A stretch of 64,000 nucleotides of DNA from Laetmonice hystrix (Eukaryota), in assembly GCA_965235115.1 (NCBI GenBank), contig OZ249442.1, positions 2,790,001 to 2,854,000 on the forward strand. The letters are read 5' to 3'. Positions 1 to 20,888 of this stretch are shown one piece after another. The notes under the pieces were generated by a model. The model was not told where the DNA came from, ran no database searches, and was given only the letters and a program-made list of their open reading frames with translations. Numbering within the stretch: position 1 is the first letter of the stretch; each line of letters opens with the position of its first letter. The position numbers and the translations under genes were made by a program.

Positions 1-397
1 TTCCTTATGTATGCTCTACAGCACTATCGTAGTAGCATATAGAAAGTGGTCTTAGGTGCAGGTTCGCTCCAAGCCATACGCGTACCCGCCGTAGTGAAAA
101 ACAGAAGAAAGAAAAAAAGGCTTCAGGACTGTTTCTCCAGCCGTATCATCTAATACAGTTTGATATTATTACTTTCTTATACAAACCATTTCTGCTGTCC
201 TCATATAAATCTGGGTAGTATATGGGGGAAAAAAACAAAAAAAACTAAACCTTTAGAATGGCGTGTATACCCTTTACGCCAAGCCATCAGAGTCATGGAC
301 CTTACGGTGGGTACACGTATGGCTTGGACCGACCCTGCGCCTAAGACCAGTTTCAATATACTGCTACGATAGTGCTGTAGAGCCTGCATAAGAAACC
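1..397. mobile_element. MITE-like foldback element with ~95-bp inverted arms (left end may be truncated by the window)
   Basis: 1-94 is the near reverse complement of 302-397. Confidence 0.7.
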
Positions 398-1222
398 ACA
401 ACCCAAACGTCGACTGAGGACGAAGCCCAGCGACTTGCTATAGCCGTAGAGTGCCCGTATTACAGAAAGCACACTTCCAGCTTTGAAAGACGTCCTGTAA
501 TTACCAAAGAAAACTTTGCGAAGAGATGTCAATTATTTTTCTGTCTGAAATCGTCTCGGTTCATGCCTCATAAGACGAGTTAAGTTGGGGTTTCTAATCT
601 ACCAGTGCGTGGTCCACAACCACCAGCCTGCTTCCACCTCCAGTCAACAGAGTAGCACCAATCCATCTTTACTTCGATTCAGCTTCAAATGTTGTGACGG
701 TGAGGGCCCATGGTGCCCGGACAACCAGACCAACCTCCTGGTATGGGAGGCCTCCCACCATGCGGCAGCACGTTATCTGTGCCGACCAGAGTGACGGCAC
801 GAGGTGGGAGGAGAGACCGCCGAGAGCTGGCCGCTCAACCGGGTTTCAATCCCAGGAGGCTCTGCGATTCCCAAGTGACACCGTATGCCTACGACAAGCA
901 TTCCTGGAGTCTCCGCCTCGGGCGATTCTGCCGTTTGAGTGCAGCGTACATAGTATAAGCCGAGGTCTATGCATATTACACTTTAGAAGAAAATAGTAAA
1001 TTCAAAGCAATTTTCTCTCATGAGTGTCGATGGTAAGTCATTAATAGAAAGCGCGATTCGCCGACTCCATGATCCAATCCTTATTCACACCACAGAACTC
1101 GGTCCAGTTTAGTACTGTGTTGTTTACGTTTACACGAAACAAAATAGAAAAAGAGGTGATGTCTCTGTAAGTCCTGCCGGTATTGCATTAAATTTTTGTT
1201 CATTTTGTGGGTTGTCATTTAA

Positions 1223-1439
1223 AGTTACACCAAAAATTCCGCATATACTTGTTAGAATTTCAGGGTCGAGCGATAAGCGAAAGTAGGAGCGGAATGGAAA
1301 AATTGGTTGGCTTCCACGGGCGGTAGGGTAACTCGGAAACCTAACATAACTCATGTTTCGCTTATCGCTCGAACCTGAAATTTTAACATGGGGTCCCTGG
1401 GGTTCAACGGGAAGTATTTGAGGAATTTTTGCTGCCACT
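1223..1439. mobile_element. TTAA-flanked MITE (Kolobok/T2-like), copy 1
   Basis: TTAA|AG...CT|TTAA, imperfect TIRs, internal inverted repeat GAGCGATAAGCGAAA; homologous to 59990-60274. Confidence 0.6.
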
Positions 1440-2094
1440 TTAATATGGTTAAACCGTTGCCGCACACACTGCTACATCTACTAACTGGCATGATTCAGTG
1501 TGAAACGCCTCGGCACCTCTGCATGGACTTCACGGTCATCGAAGACCCGGTCTGAAGCAAACAGTTTAAAGGCAATCATTTCTGGCACGGCAGCCAAGCT
1601 GACGGTGAAAGGTAGAGGAGATGATTCGCTCTGACAATGCAATGCAACGACTGGATGGCTTCTCCTGCTGGCCATTACTCTTCGTCAGGCATAACGTCGT
1701 TCGGACGGCTTTCTGAGCGTCTCCGAGAGACAGCATGGTTGTTGTTTGACCTTCCGAGGTCAGCTGTCTTTGCTCAATGTGTTCACAGCCGCCAGCTCGG
1801 TGGAGTCCCAACTACTAATCTAAATATGTTATCATCAAAACTCATCCGTGTCCGTGTCACTCGTGGTCACGCAACCATTCGGTCATATTGGTTGTACTTT
1901 AATCAGAGGATAGGCAATAAGAAATCTCAGAGATCAATGCTACTAAACTCAACCACCTATCGGTAACAGGACCAAGGTCAACGGGGTCAGGGATACTGCG
2001 CTTACTGTTCATCATCTTTCCATCTTCTACGTCACTGGGCGTTCCTGAATACCCATTCCCAGCGTTTCCTTTTGAAAAGGCCAAAAGAATAAGA

Positions 2095-2192
2095 TCCGGT
2101 AACCTTGAAATCTCCAGGTAACCTTGAAAATCTCCCGGTAACCTTGAAAATCTCTCCGTAACCTTGGAAAATCTCCCGGTAACCTTGAGAAT
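2095..2192. repeat. ~20-bp tandem repeat x5
   Basis: GGTAACCTTGAAAATCTCCC units. Confidence 0.85.
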
Positions 2193-3239
2193 CTTCAGCA
2201 GGTTGTGCCATCTCGTCGCCTAATGAAACATGACACTTGAGAACTCGATACCATGGCCACTTGGCGGGAAAGCTTCCATTTCGTGCTCCCGTTTACCGTT
2301 CGGTGAGGTTGGAGTGACGTAAGCTCCATTAAACCAGGCGGACACGCTCACGATCGCGCCCATTTGCTGAAATGAACGCTCACAGATCCTGCACGGGACG
2401 CTGGGTAAGCCGCAGGGGACCAGGCTAACGAGGACGCCGATTGCCGAACAAGGCCATTTTATTTCCCCGTGACACCAGCCGAACCGGTGGTTAATTCAAA
2501 GACAAACACCAAGCGTATAAGTTTAAATAAAGAAATATCCCTGCTTGATGCCCCTCTTCGATAGGCCTAGGCCTACTTTGTCACTGGTGTAGTAATCAAA
2601 CGAATGAAGTGGCGCGCATGTTCCTATTTGGGCCGTGAGTGATATGTAATCTGTGAGGGTCCTTTCTATGGACGGGCCTAAGATTGCTGAAAGGACTCGA
2701 ACGTGAGAATACCGGGCGGAGACATGCAATGGCTGACGGGTTGTTGGCAACAGCGTTGTCGTAAATACCGGTACCTCTCTATACTCGACTGTTGTCGTTA
2801 ATAGCTAACCTAAGCTGTCCAATCACAAAGCCACCATGACCGACTTATTCCAAGCTCACTCGGCCCGGTTCTTGAAAACTTTCTTCTTAATACGCTTGCC
2901 CTCTTGGCTGGCTTTCACAGAACGGCCAATCACAAGCTTTAAGCTTAAAGGCCGGGATTCGTTACCACATGGTAGCGTTGACCTCAGCTGACCCTGCTCC
3001 ACTGGTTCAGGCCAGCAATGGTCGGGGCTGCACTGAGCTTACCTCTACACTGGCACGGGGCCGGTCTTTAGGCTTAGCCTAAGCATGAACTTGAATCAAG
3101 GCCCCGAATGATAAGAATGTGATCTGACAGGCTAAAATGTACGAAATGCCAGGAAAGGCAGGTCCAATTACAAAATTCTTCTGAGGTATGCTCCTACATC
3201 TGATATGATCACCACTCATTAATTCAGGGACATGGCAAG

Positions 3240-3345
3240 GATAGGGACAGGGTTAGGATATGGACAGGGCTAGCATAGGTACAGGGTTAGGATATGGACA
3301 GGGCTAGCATAGGTACAGGGTTAGGATAGGGGCAGGGCTGGGGTA
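3240..3345. repeat. Short G-rich tandem repeat
   Basis: CAGGGTTAGGATATGGACAGGGCTAGCATAGG units. Confidence 0.7.
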
Positions 3346-4177
3346 GGATTTGGGAGAGGTCTCCCACCATAGCCTGAGCCCTGGTCGTAGCCTATGGCTG
3401 TGGACTTGGCCGTCGAGATGATCCCATGCTACCGGTGCACTTCACAAACATCAGTCATCTGGTGGCTAATGTCTGAATCACTCGTTACTTCTAAAAACTT
3501 GGTACCTCCACTAGGTACAAAACTTACAGCAATTCCTAGAATGCTGAACTCTAAACGATAAAGTGAAACTTCTACTCAACATCCCCTATTTCCCCTATTA
3601 AAAAAATTAATATACAAATAAATGAAAAATAATAAAACGCAAAATATAGCAACTTTGATAGACAAGTTTTACTAATGAATGGGATCTCAGAGGATCTCCG
3701 TATATATACAGTGTCTTGTACAAAAACTGTACGGTCTTTACTTGTGGTCATTGCTTCAACAGGATCAGTCCTGGTTTGTTCAGCCTACATGTAAAGTACA
3801 TGCAAATCTTCCTCATACACATGCTTCTTCAGACCAGGATTACTTATATACATGGTTTTAGTCGTCCAGGATAGATACACGTCCAAAATAAGCACCATCT
3901 ACACCTTAGTCTACATGATAAATCATATGTGCTTCAAATTAGGAAAGAAACGTGCACGGGAAGCGATGTTCAGACGAAGGTTTTCGCTCACTTTCCAAAA
4001 CCTTTTATTGGTTCCAATTTGTCTTGTTTTGGAATCCATGGCTTAGAATTATATTTCTAAACAATAAAATATGAGAATACAACAGCATCTGATACTATAA
4101 AGTATTCTTCTCACTTTGTAGCATTGTCTTCCGCCCAGTTCAAAACAAATAGCTTTAACTAAGGAGATTACTACTAG

Positions 4178-4266
4178 CTTTCTCCAAGGTTATAATAAAC
4201 TTTCTCCAAGGTTATTATAAACTTTCTCCAAGGTTATTATAAACTTTCTCCAAGGTTATTATAAAC
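4178..4266. repeat. 22-bp tandem repeat x4 in the MCM4 3' UTR
   Basis: CTTTCTCCAAGGTTATTATAAA units. Confidence 0.85.
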
Positions 4267-4357
4267 TTGGCTGGTTTGTAATCCTAGCGTGCGCAGTTTC
4301 AGGTGTTGTGGAGACCTTCGCTTTGTTCCACGGGATGTAGACTGGCCTGTGTACGGT

Positions 4358-13398
<9,041 letters not shown>

Positions 13399-13594
13399 TA
13401 TGAATTACCTTCGTCTGTTTGCTAGGAACCTGAGAACACAAATAGAATTTGTTATTTTTCTTCCTCAAGAACCAGCAATAATAAGGTAAACAAACTGTCA
13501 AGTGGCTGGGCTTCTGCAAGCCGTTCGCCACGTTACCATTGGCGAAAACAATAGCAAAGTGGTGAAATGGAATATAATAAAATGGGTGGGTGCA

Positions 13595-13775
13595 GCAGCG
13601 GATCGAGGCCGAGGGGGTAGGGGGTCGTTAAGCAGCGGATCGGAGGGGGGGGGGGGGTCCAGCCTTCATGAATTAACCGTATTGGACTCCCCTCTAGATT
13701 ACTGACGTGGACCCCCCCCCCCCCCCCCTTTCCAATTTTCTGAAACACCCGCACACCCCCAGATCCGCCACTGCC
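13595..13775. mobile_element. Degenerate GGCGGATC/poly-G MITE fragment in the MCM4 5'-UTR intron
   Basis: GCAGCGGATCGGAG(G)n ... GGAC(C)n ... CCCCCAGATCCGCCACTG. Confidence 0.45.
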
Positions 13776-14005
13776 ACTGGAGGGTCAGTGAGTAAGTCAA
13801 GTTGTGTTGTTAATGTTACTTGTTAGTGGGGCTCAGTCACAACGGGCTGGTCACAACCACCCCTGTGACTGTGGCACACCAGTCATTCAATCATCCAAAA
13901 ATACCGTTGTGATACGGTCATTGACAGCCAGCGATCACCGCAGATCATCTTCGTAAAGTTTATCTAAACTGTCTAAACAACAAAATATCAACATCCAAGC
14001 CTTAC

Positions 14006-14060
14006 CTGTCAATAGTTGGTGATGCCGATCTTTCCCGCCACAAACGCAATCCACAAAGGG
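14006..14060 (-). other. MCM4: Probable non-coding first exon (5' UTR) of MCM4; upstream boundary approximate
   Basis: Strong donor CAG|GTAAGG at 14005. The ATG-containing exon begins with an acceptor (TTCTCAG| at 13430), so an upstream exon is required. Confidence 0.6.
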
Positions 14061-14416
14061 GTCTTTAAATCACGTGGTACGAAAATAGCGGGAACATTAT
14101 ATTTACTGTCTAGGATTAGTTTAAAATTCTGTTATGCCATGCTGTTAAAAATTCAACTATTTGCACATTGTACGACTTCAGATTCAATGAAATATGTAAT
14201 TTTTCGTTTGATCACTTGTTTTTGTTGTTGTCGTTAAAATATGTCATACCGGATGTAGAACTGACTTGTGGCCGGAAGCTGTTTACATGTGGGAGCCAGC
14301 ACATGTGAATGTTTAGAACACGTCTTCACAAAGTGATGAAAAACGTTCAACAGGAGATATTATACCCCGAAAACAGTGAAGGAAACCGCACGTAATTAAG
14401 TTCGGAAGCCGTTGAT
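14031..14416. promoter_or_regulatory. Bidirectional promoter region shared by MCM4 and MCAT
   Basis: Head-to-head genes. E2F-type TTTCCCGC at 14031-14038 and GCGGGAA at 14088-14094, E-box CACGTG at 14071, ETS-like CCGGATGT at 14249 and CCGGAAGC at 14272. Confidence 0.6.
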
Positions 14417-17221
14417 ATGTTCAAAAGTGCCGTGAACTTTGCAAAGGCGCCGCTGACAGGCATTGTTCGCGGGGCGGTGTCTAGCTCGGCCGAGCTGTCA
14501 TACCAGAACTCGCGGGTAACTCAACAGAGGGCAGCACAGTATGTCACCGAGGGAGGTATCAAGAAGGGAGTGGCGGGAATTAGCGGATGGAATGACGGCA
14601 GTAGGCAAAGCCTCGTGATGTGTCTTCAAGTGGCAGGACATTGTAGGTCAGCGTTTCAAAAGAGTGTTTACCACAAAAGTCTGAGCAGAAGAGTAGTCGG
14701 GGGCGTGGCCGGCCACCAACAGCAACGCTATCTATCCTCAAAACACGAAAACAGAAAAGTCTACGAAGGTACAACGTCCACACGAGCGGCAGACACAGAA
14801 GCCCAAGGTGATCAGGGCACAGAAAAGTCTGTCGAACAGTTACTGCAAGAAGCATGTTTAGATTCCGATGTCCCTCCCCCAGATATGCCGCTGGACAGTA
14901 TCGAATTTAACAGCTGGAAGAGAAACCAGACAAGGCACGTATACCAGCCAAAAACAGATCCACGGGAAACCTCCATATTACTATTTCCTGGCCAAGGCAG
15001 CCAGTTTGTTGGGATGGGGCAAGATGTATTGGAGTATCCAAATGTTCAAGAAATGTTTAATGTTGCCCGAGATATTTTAGGATATGATCTCTTGGACTTA
15101 TGTCTGAATGGACCACAGTCAGAACTGGATAAAACGGTTCACTGTCAGCCTGCTGTATTCGTGTCATCTCTTGCTGCCGTTGAGAGGTTAAAATGTGAGA
15201 AACCAAAGGTGAGTATCGTAACAATAACCCCCAGTCTTGAGGTCATGCAGTTGCAGGTGTCAGATTTAGTGATATCAGTTTTTCTTTTTTAATGTAAAGC
15301 ATTGCTATTGAATGTGATTTGTTTTTACTATGATCCCGATTGAAGCATTTAAAATTTCCATAGGGCATTCTGTTTTCAACGGGTCCTCCGGAACATAAAA
15401 ACTTAGTCAAACCAGAAAGATACAATCACAATGCAGGGCTGTAGGACCTCACCCCCACAAAAACAATGGTGTTAATACCACCCTCCAAGGGTATTTTCTG
15501 TGGTAAAACCTTGTCTTTGTTTCGTACAGATGATTGAAAACTGCATTGGTACATCAGGGTTCAGCATCGGGGAGTTCTCTGCTCTTGTGTTTGCTGGTGC
15601 AATGTCCTTTGAAGAAGGTAAGTGACAGATTGTTTTTTATTTTGAAATAATACATCTAGGAAACAGTCTAAGGTTGGTAAGGGGGAAAACCTTGTCAGTA
15701 CTGTGTAAATATTCCTGGGGGAACAGGTGTTGGAAGGATGCAGCATTATTTGCATGTTTACAACATTTAATATTTTTGTAGGTTTAGAAGTGGTCAAAGA
15801 GAGAGCTGAAGCCATGCAGGAAGCATCAGAGCTGGTGCCCAGCGGGATGATGACCGTTTTTCTGGGTCCAGACAACAAAGCTAAGATGGCATGTGAGGTC
15901 GCGAGACGTTACTGCGTAAACCGACTGAAGATGGAGGATGCCTGCTGCTCTGTGGCCAATTTTCTCTACCCAGAATGCAAAGTTATTGCAGGAAATATTG
16001 AGGTCAGTAGATATACTGTCCCAAGTTTAAACACACTCGCCCAGCCCATTGAGGTCAGTAGACATACTGTCCCAAGTTTAAACACACTCGCCCAGCCCAT
16101 TGAGGTCAGTAGGCATACTGTCCCAAGTTTAAACACACTCGCCCAGCCCATTGAGGTCAGTAGGCATACTGTCCCAAGTTTAAACACACTCGCCCAGCCC
16201 ATTGAGGTCAGTAGGCATACTGTCCCAAGTTTAAACACACTCGCCCAGCCCATTGAGGTCAGTAGGCATACTGTCCCAAGTTTAAACACACTCGCCCAGC
16301 CCATTGAGGTCAGTAGGCATACTGTCCCAAGTTTAAACACACTCGCCCAGCCCATTGAGGTCAGTAGGCATACTGTCCCAAGTTTAAACACACTCGCCCA
16401 GCCTATTGAGGTCAGTAGACATACTGTCCTAAGTTTAAACACACTCGCTCAGCCTATTGAGGTCAGTAGGCATACTGTCCCAAGTTTAAACACACTCGCC
16501 CAGCCTATTGAGGTCAGTAGACATACTGTCCTAAGTTTAAACACACTCGCTCAGCCTATTGAGGTCAGTAGGCATACTGTCCCAAGTTTAAACACACTCG
16601 CCCAGCCTATTGAGGTCAGTAGACATACTGTCCTAAGTTTAAACACACTCGCTCAGCCTATTGAGGTCAGTAGGCATACTGTCCCAAGTTTAAACACACT
16701 CGCTCAGCCTATTGAGGGCAGTAGGCATACTGTCCCAAGTTTAAACTTAAAAATTACATTAAATTTTTTTGGTCATATATATGTTTCCCATTCATTTATA
16801 TTTAATGACTTTTATTTCCCACCAGGCACTTGATTTCATTGAGAAGCACAAGAAAGACTTTGGACTCGTACGAACCAAACATCTCCCTGTGAGTGGAGCG
16901 TTTCACACAGGTCTGATGAAGCCAGCGAAAAAGCGACTCTGGAAAGCGTTATCCTCCATATCCATCCACAACCCCATTATACCGGTGTACAGTAACGTAG
17001 ACGGCAGACAGCACAGAGGGGGTGAGCACATGGTAAAAACACTGCTGGCACAACTCAAGAAACCAGTACGCTGGGAACAAATCATGCACAGTCTGTACTC
17101 CCGGAAGGATGGAGTAGCCTTCCCCAATACCTATGAGGTAGGCCCAGGAAGACAACTTGGAACCATACTTAAACTGACCAACAACAAAGCTTATCAAGAA
17201 TACCATTCTGTTGACGTATAA
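14417..17221 (+). CDS. MCAT: Mitochondrial malonyl-CoA:ACP transacylase (FabD family), 498 aa. Exons: 14417-15208, 15530-15617, 15782-16002, 16826-17221
   Basis: LLFPGQGSQFVGMG, TVHCQPAVFVSS, active-site GFSIGEFSAL, LPVSGAFHT, PVRWEQ, EVGPGRQL. GT-AG junctions are in phase. AATAAA at 17315. Confidence 0.95.
15997..16747. repeat. 51-bp tandem repeat x14.6 containing the MCAT exon-3 donor
   Basis: ATTGAG|GTCAGTAGGCATACTGTCCCAAGTTTAAACACACTCGCCCAGCCC units. Confidence 0.97.
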
Positions 17222-17369
17222 AGATGAAGGAGAAACTTGAAGCCATTCACAATTGCCTCTTAGTTCAATGACTCTAAAATTAAGATGTTAGTGTTTTCTG
17301 ATTTTCTGTGATGAAATAAACGAAAATATTAATGCCATCTTGAGTTGTGAATCTGTACTAAGTTACCCG

Positions 17370-17885
17370 TATTGCCCTCTAGTGGTGGGGCAATGAACCA
17401 AGCGATGGTCCCCCCTAGTGCTAGGAGAATGAAACCAAACGGTGGTACCCCTAGTGGTGGGACAATGAACCAAACGGTGGTCCCCGTGGTACCCCTAGTG
17501 GTAGGACAATGAACCAAGCGATGGTCCCCCCTAGTGCTAGGAGAATGAACCCAAACTGAACCAAACGCTGGTCCCCCTGGTACCCCTAGTGGTAGGACAA
17601 TGAACCAAACGATGGTCCCCCTAGTGGTGGGACAATGAACCAAACGGTGGTCCCCCTGGTACCCCTAGTGGTAGGACAATGAACCAAACGATGCCCCTTC
17701 CCCCCCCCTAGTGGTGGGACAATGAACCAAACGATGGTCCCCCTAGTGGTGGGACAATGAACCAAACAATGCCCCTCCCTCCTAGTGGTAGGACAATGAA
17801 CAAAACGATGGTCCCCCTAGTGGTGGGACAATGAACAAAACGATGCCCCTCCCCCCTAGTGGTGCGACAATGAACAACACGATGG
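17370..17885. repeat. Variable ~35-44-bp tandem repeat x13 with a CCCCTAGTGG core
   Basis: CCCTAGTGGTGGGACAATGAACCAAACGATGGTCCC units. Confidence 0.9.
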
Positions 17886-18769
17886 TCCAGCACAGTGTAC
17901 CGGTAGTCTGTTCTCAGACTCTTATAAACAACTTGATTTGGGGGACGTTAAAAAAATCTTATCTGCAAGAAAAGAAAAATGAACGCCCAACTATATACAA
18001 ACCATTTTATTTTCAATAGTCATATTATGTACAATACATGTGTATCTTCAGACTGTCTTCAAGACTGCATGTCTATTATTGTTTCCTTCCAAAGACGTTC
18101 ATCATTGCTAGATAACTTGAGACTCTAACATAGAATGTTTGCAAAGCTTCTAGAAAATGACGCTGCCGATGTATGCTCGGCATTCGTTCATATTATTTAA
18201 CTTGATCAGATTATGATCTCATATAGAAATGTATTTTAGATATTGCATTGCATAAGGAATCTACAACATAATACACGTTAGTCATCGACTCCTCTGTGTG
18301 TCTGGAATCATTCAAGACCAAATGAATTAACATCAGTAAGTACCCTCTTCTCCAACGTGTAAACATATTATCATCTATACAGAATGACTAGGGAACCCTT
18401 CACCAAGTCAACGGACATTTTCTATAGATTGTACAGTCATGACACGCACACATAAACTAGTCCATGATCACTTCCTCATGTAAACATACATTCGTTTACT
18501 GCCAGTTTCTGTGATGGCAATATTATGTATTCAAGGCCGTAGTTCACTCAAGTCGGTCCTTGGCGTGTTCACTGCCCAAAGTCAGACCCAGTCGGGACAC
18601 TTCAATGAAAATATACGATGGACATGACTTCGCCCAGGCTATGTGACTGGTGCTGTGTGAATAGATGATACAGGGACGTCGGATCAGTGTTACGGTATCG
18701 TCAAGGGGGGGGGGGAACCTGTCACAAGGGGACAAACTATAATTTATCTTGTCGGGAGTGTGATCGTCC

Positions 18770-19600
18770 CACCCCCAGTAATGTGCTTTAATAGACTCGC
18801 CTGATTCCATTCACCCCCAGTAATGTGCTTTAATAGACTCGCCTGATTCCATCCACCCCCAGTAATGTGCTTTAATAGACTCGCCTGATTCCATCCACCC
18901 CCAGTAATGTGCTTGAATAGATTCGCCTGATTCCATCCAACCCCCAGTAATGTGCTTTAATAGACTCGCCTGATTCCATCCACCCCCAGTAATGTGCTTG
19001 AATAGATTCGCCTGATTCCATCAAACCCCCAGTAATGTGCTTGAATAGATTCGCCTGATTCCATCCAACCCCCAGTAATGTGCTTTAATAGACTCGCCTG
19101 ATTCCATCCACCCCCAGTAATGTGCTTTAATAGACTCGCCTGATTCCATCCACCCCCAGTAATGTGCTTTAATAGACTCGCCTGATTCCATCCACCCCCA
19201 GTAATGTGCTTTAATAGACTCGCCTGATTCCATCCAACCCCCAGTAATGTGCTTTAATAGACTCGCCTGATTCCATCAAACCCCCAGTAATGTGCTTTAA
19301 TAGACTCGCCTGATTCCATCCACCCCCAGTAATGTGCTTGAATAGATTCGCCTGATTCCATCCAACCCCCAGTAATGTGCTTTAATAGACTCGCCTGATT
19401 CCATCCACCCCCAGTAATGTGCTTTAATAGACTCGCCTGATTCCATCCACCCCCAGTAATGTGCTTTAATAGACTCGCCTGATTCCATCTACCCCTAGTA
19501 ATGTGCTTTAATAGACTCGCCTGATTCCATCCACCCCCAGTAATGTGCTTTAATAGACTCGCCTGATTCCATCCAACCCCCAGTAATGTGCTTGAATAGA
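18770..19600. repeat. 42-bp tandem repeat x~20
   Basis: CCCCCAGTAATGTGCTTTAATAGACTCGCCTGATTCCATCCA units. Confidence 0.95.
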
Positions 19601-19920
19601 CTGTGTTTTAATGCGGGTCTGGAGGCTGCCCAGGACCAAGACAAGGATACACATATATCTAGAAGCAAACTTTTGATGTGAAGGCAAGGTACTATGACGC
19701 TAGGCTTACATGAATGGGAATAACTTCTACATTTATACCGAAGACAAGTATAAAATGTTGTACGCGATCAGTGTATTCAGGGCATGGAAGTTCATATTGG
19801 TCTAGGGCTAGACTGATTTTGAAACGCAACACATGGATCTAGAGTAAAATATTTAACTGAAGATGAATGATTTCAATTCCTATCCTGAAGTCCATTTGGT
19901 AATGTAATTATGTTGATACT

Positions 19921-20302
19921 AGGCAAAAAAAATAGTTTCGTTTCTTGTCCTTTCATATAAAAAAATGGTGCGGTGACGCGGGTTTTTTTTTATCTTTCTT
20001 TTTTTTTGATGCAACCAGACAACGGCCGATTCTCCGAATGCAATTGCTGTTGGGTACATGAAGAAATCTTGAAGAAAAAACTAATGCAATGATGTTCAAT
20101 GTTTTCATTAAAGAATGTGCAAAACTCACATAAAAAGCAATAAAACGAGCAGAAAAACGCCAACGCCAAAGAACCGTTGCAACGTTCTGTCACAGCGCTA
20201 CACTGACCACCATATGAAGTAGTCGGATTTGAAAAAAAAGACTTGACGCGGGTGTTTTTTAGGTGGGCGGGGACAAGAAACGAATCTATTTTTTTTTGGC
20301 CT
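19921..20302. mobile_element. MITE with ~30-bp TIRs
   Basis: AGGCAAAAAAAATAGTTTCGTTTCTTGTCC versus GGACAAGAAACGAATCTATTTTTTTTTGGCCT. Confidence 0.65.
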
Positions 20303-20689
20303 TGGACCTACTCGTCACTATACAATGCTGTGATGGTGTATGAAGTGTTACACTACAGTAGTCACTGATCAGCACTTTAATATGCTGCTCTAGGTGCAGG
20401 TGCTAACACATTTAACATTCTAGCGTCATTATTGAGACAGTGTAATCCTACAGAATCCATATTCTGGATCGAACGTACAAGAATGACAATTCGGGCGTGC
20501 ACAATACCAGATTCCAATTAAAAACAATGTCTCTTTTCGCACAAGAATTCGTTTTTCCGAATAAAAAGCCCCTTTCAGTCGTGCAATTCACAAATCAGTG
20601 AATACGGGTAAAATGTGGTGATGATATATTGGGAAACAATTTAATTAGGCTTTAAGGCAAATATTTGCTTTAATAGAGGTTAGTCCTCT

Positions 20690-20888
20690 GACCCAGTCTC
20701 CTATCAGAGGATAGCCTGACGTGACCCAGTCTCCTATCAGAGGATAGCCTGACGTGACCCAGTCTCCTATCAGAGGATAGCCTGACGTGACCCAGTCTCC
20801 TATCAGAGGATAGCCTGACGTGACCCAGTCTCCTATCAGAGGATAGCCTGACGTGACCCAGTCTCCTACCAGAGGGTAGCCTAACGTC
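20690..20888. repeat. 33-bp tandem repeat x6
   Basis: GACCCAGTCTCCTATCAGAGGATAGCCTGACGT units. Confidence 0.92.

Noticed and set aside
585-1000. RNase H-like (LVWLSGHHG) or tyrosine-recombinase-like (HSWSLRLG) words
   Set aside because: Isolated short matches with stops nearby and no supporting motifs.
1480-1830. hAT transposase relic (RWDST, DEEW, FASDRVF)
   Set aside because: The motifs fall in different frames with wrong spacing, and no TIR or 8-bp TSD was found.
15727-16833. 368-aa ORF as an independent repeat protein
   Set aside because: It is MCAT exon 3 read through into the intronic VNTR. Full intron retention (823 nt) frameshifts.
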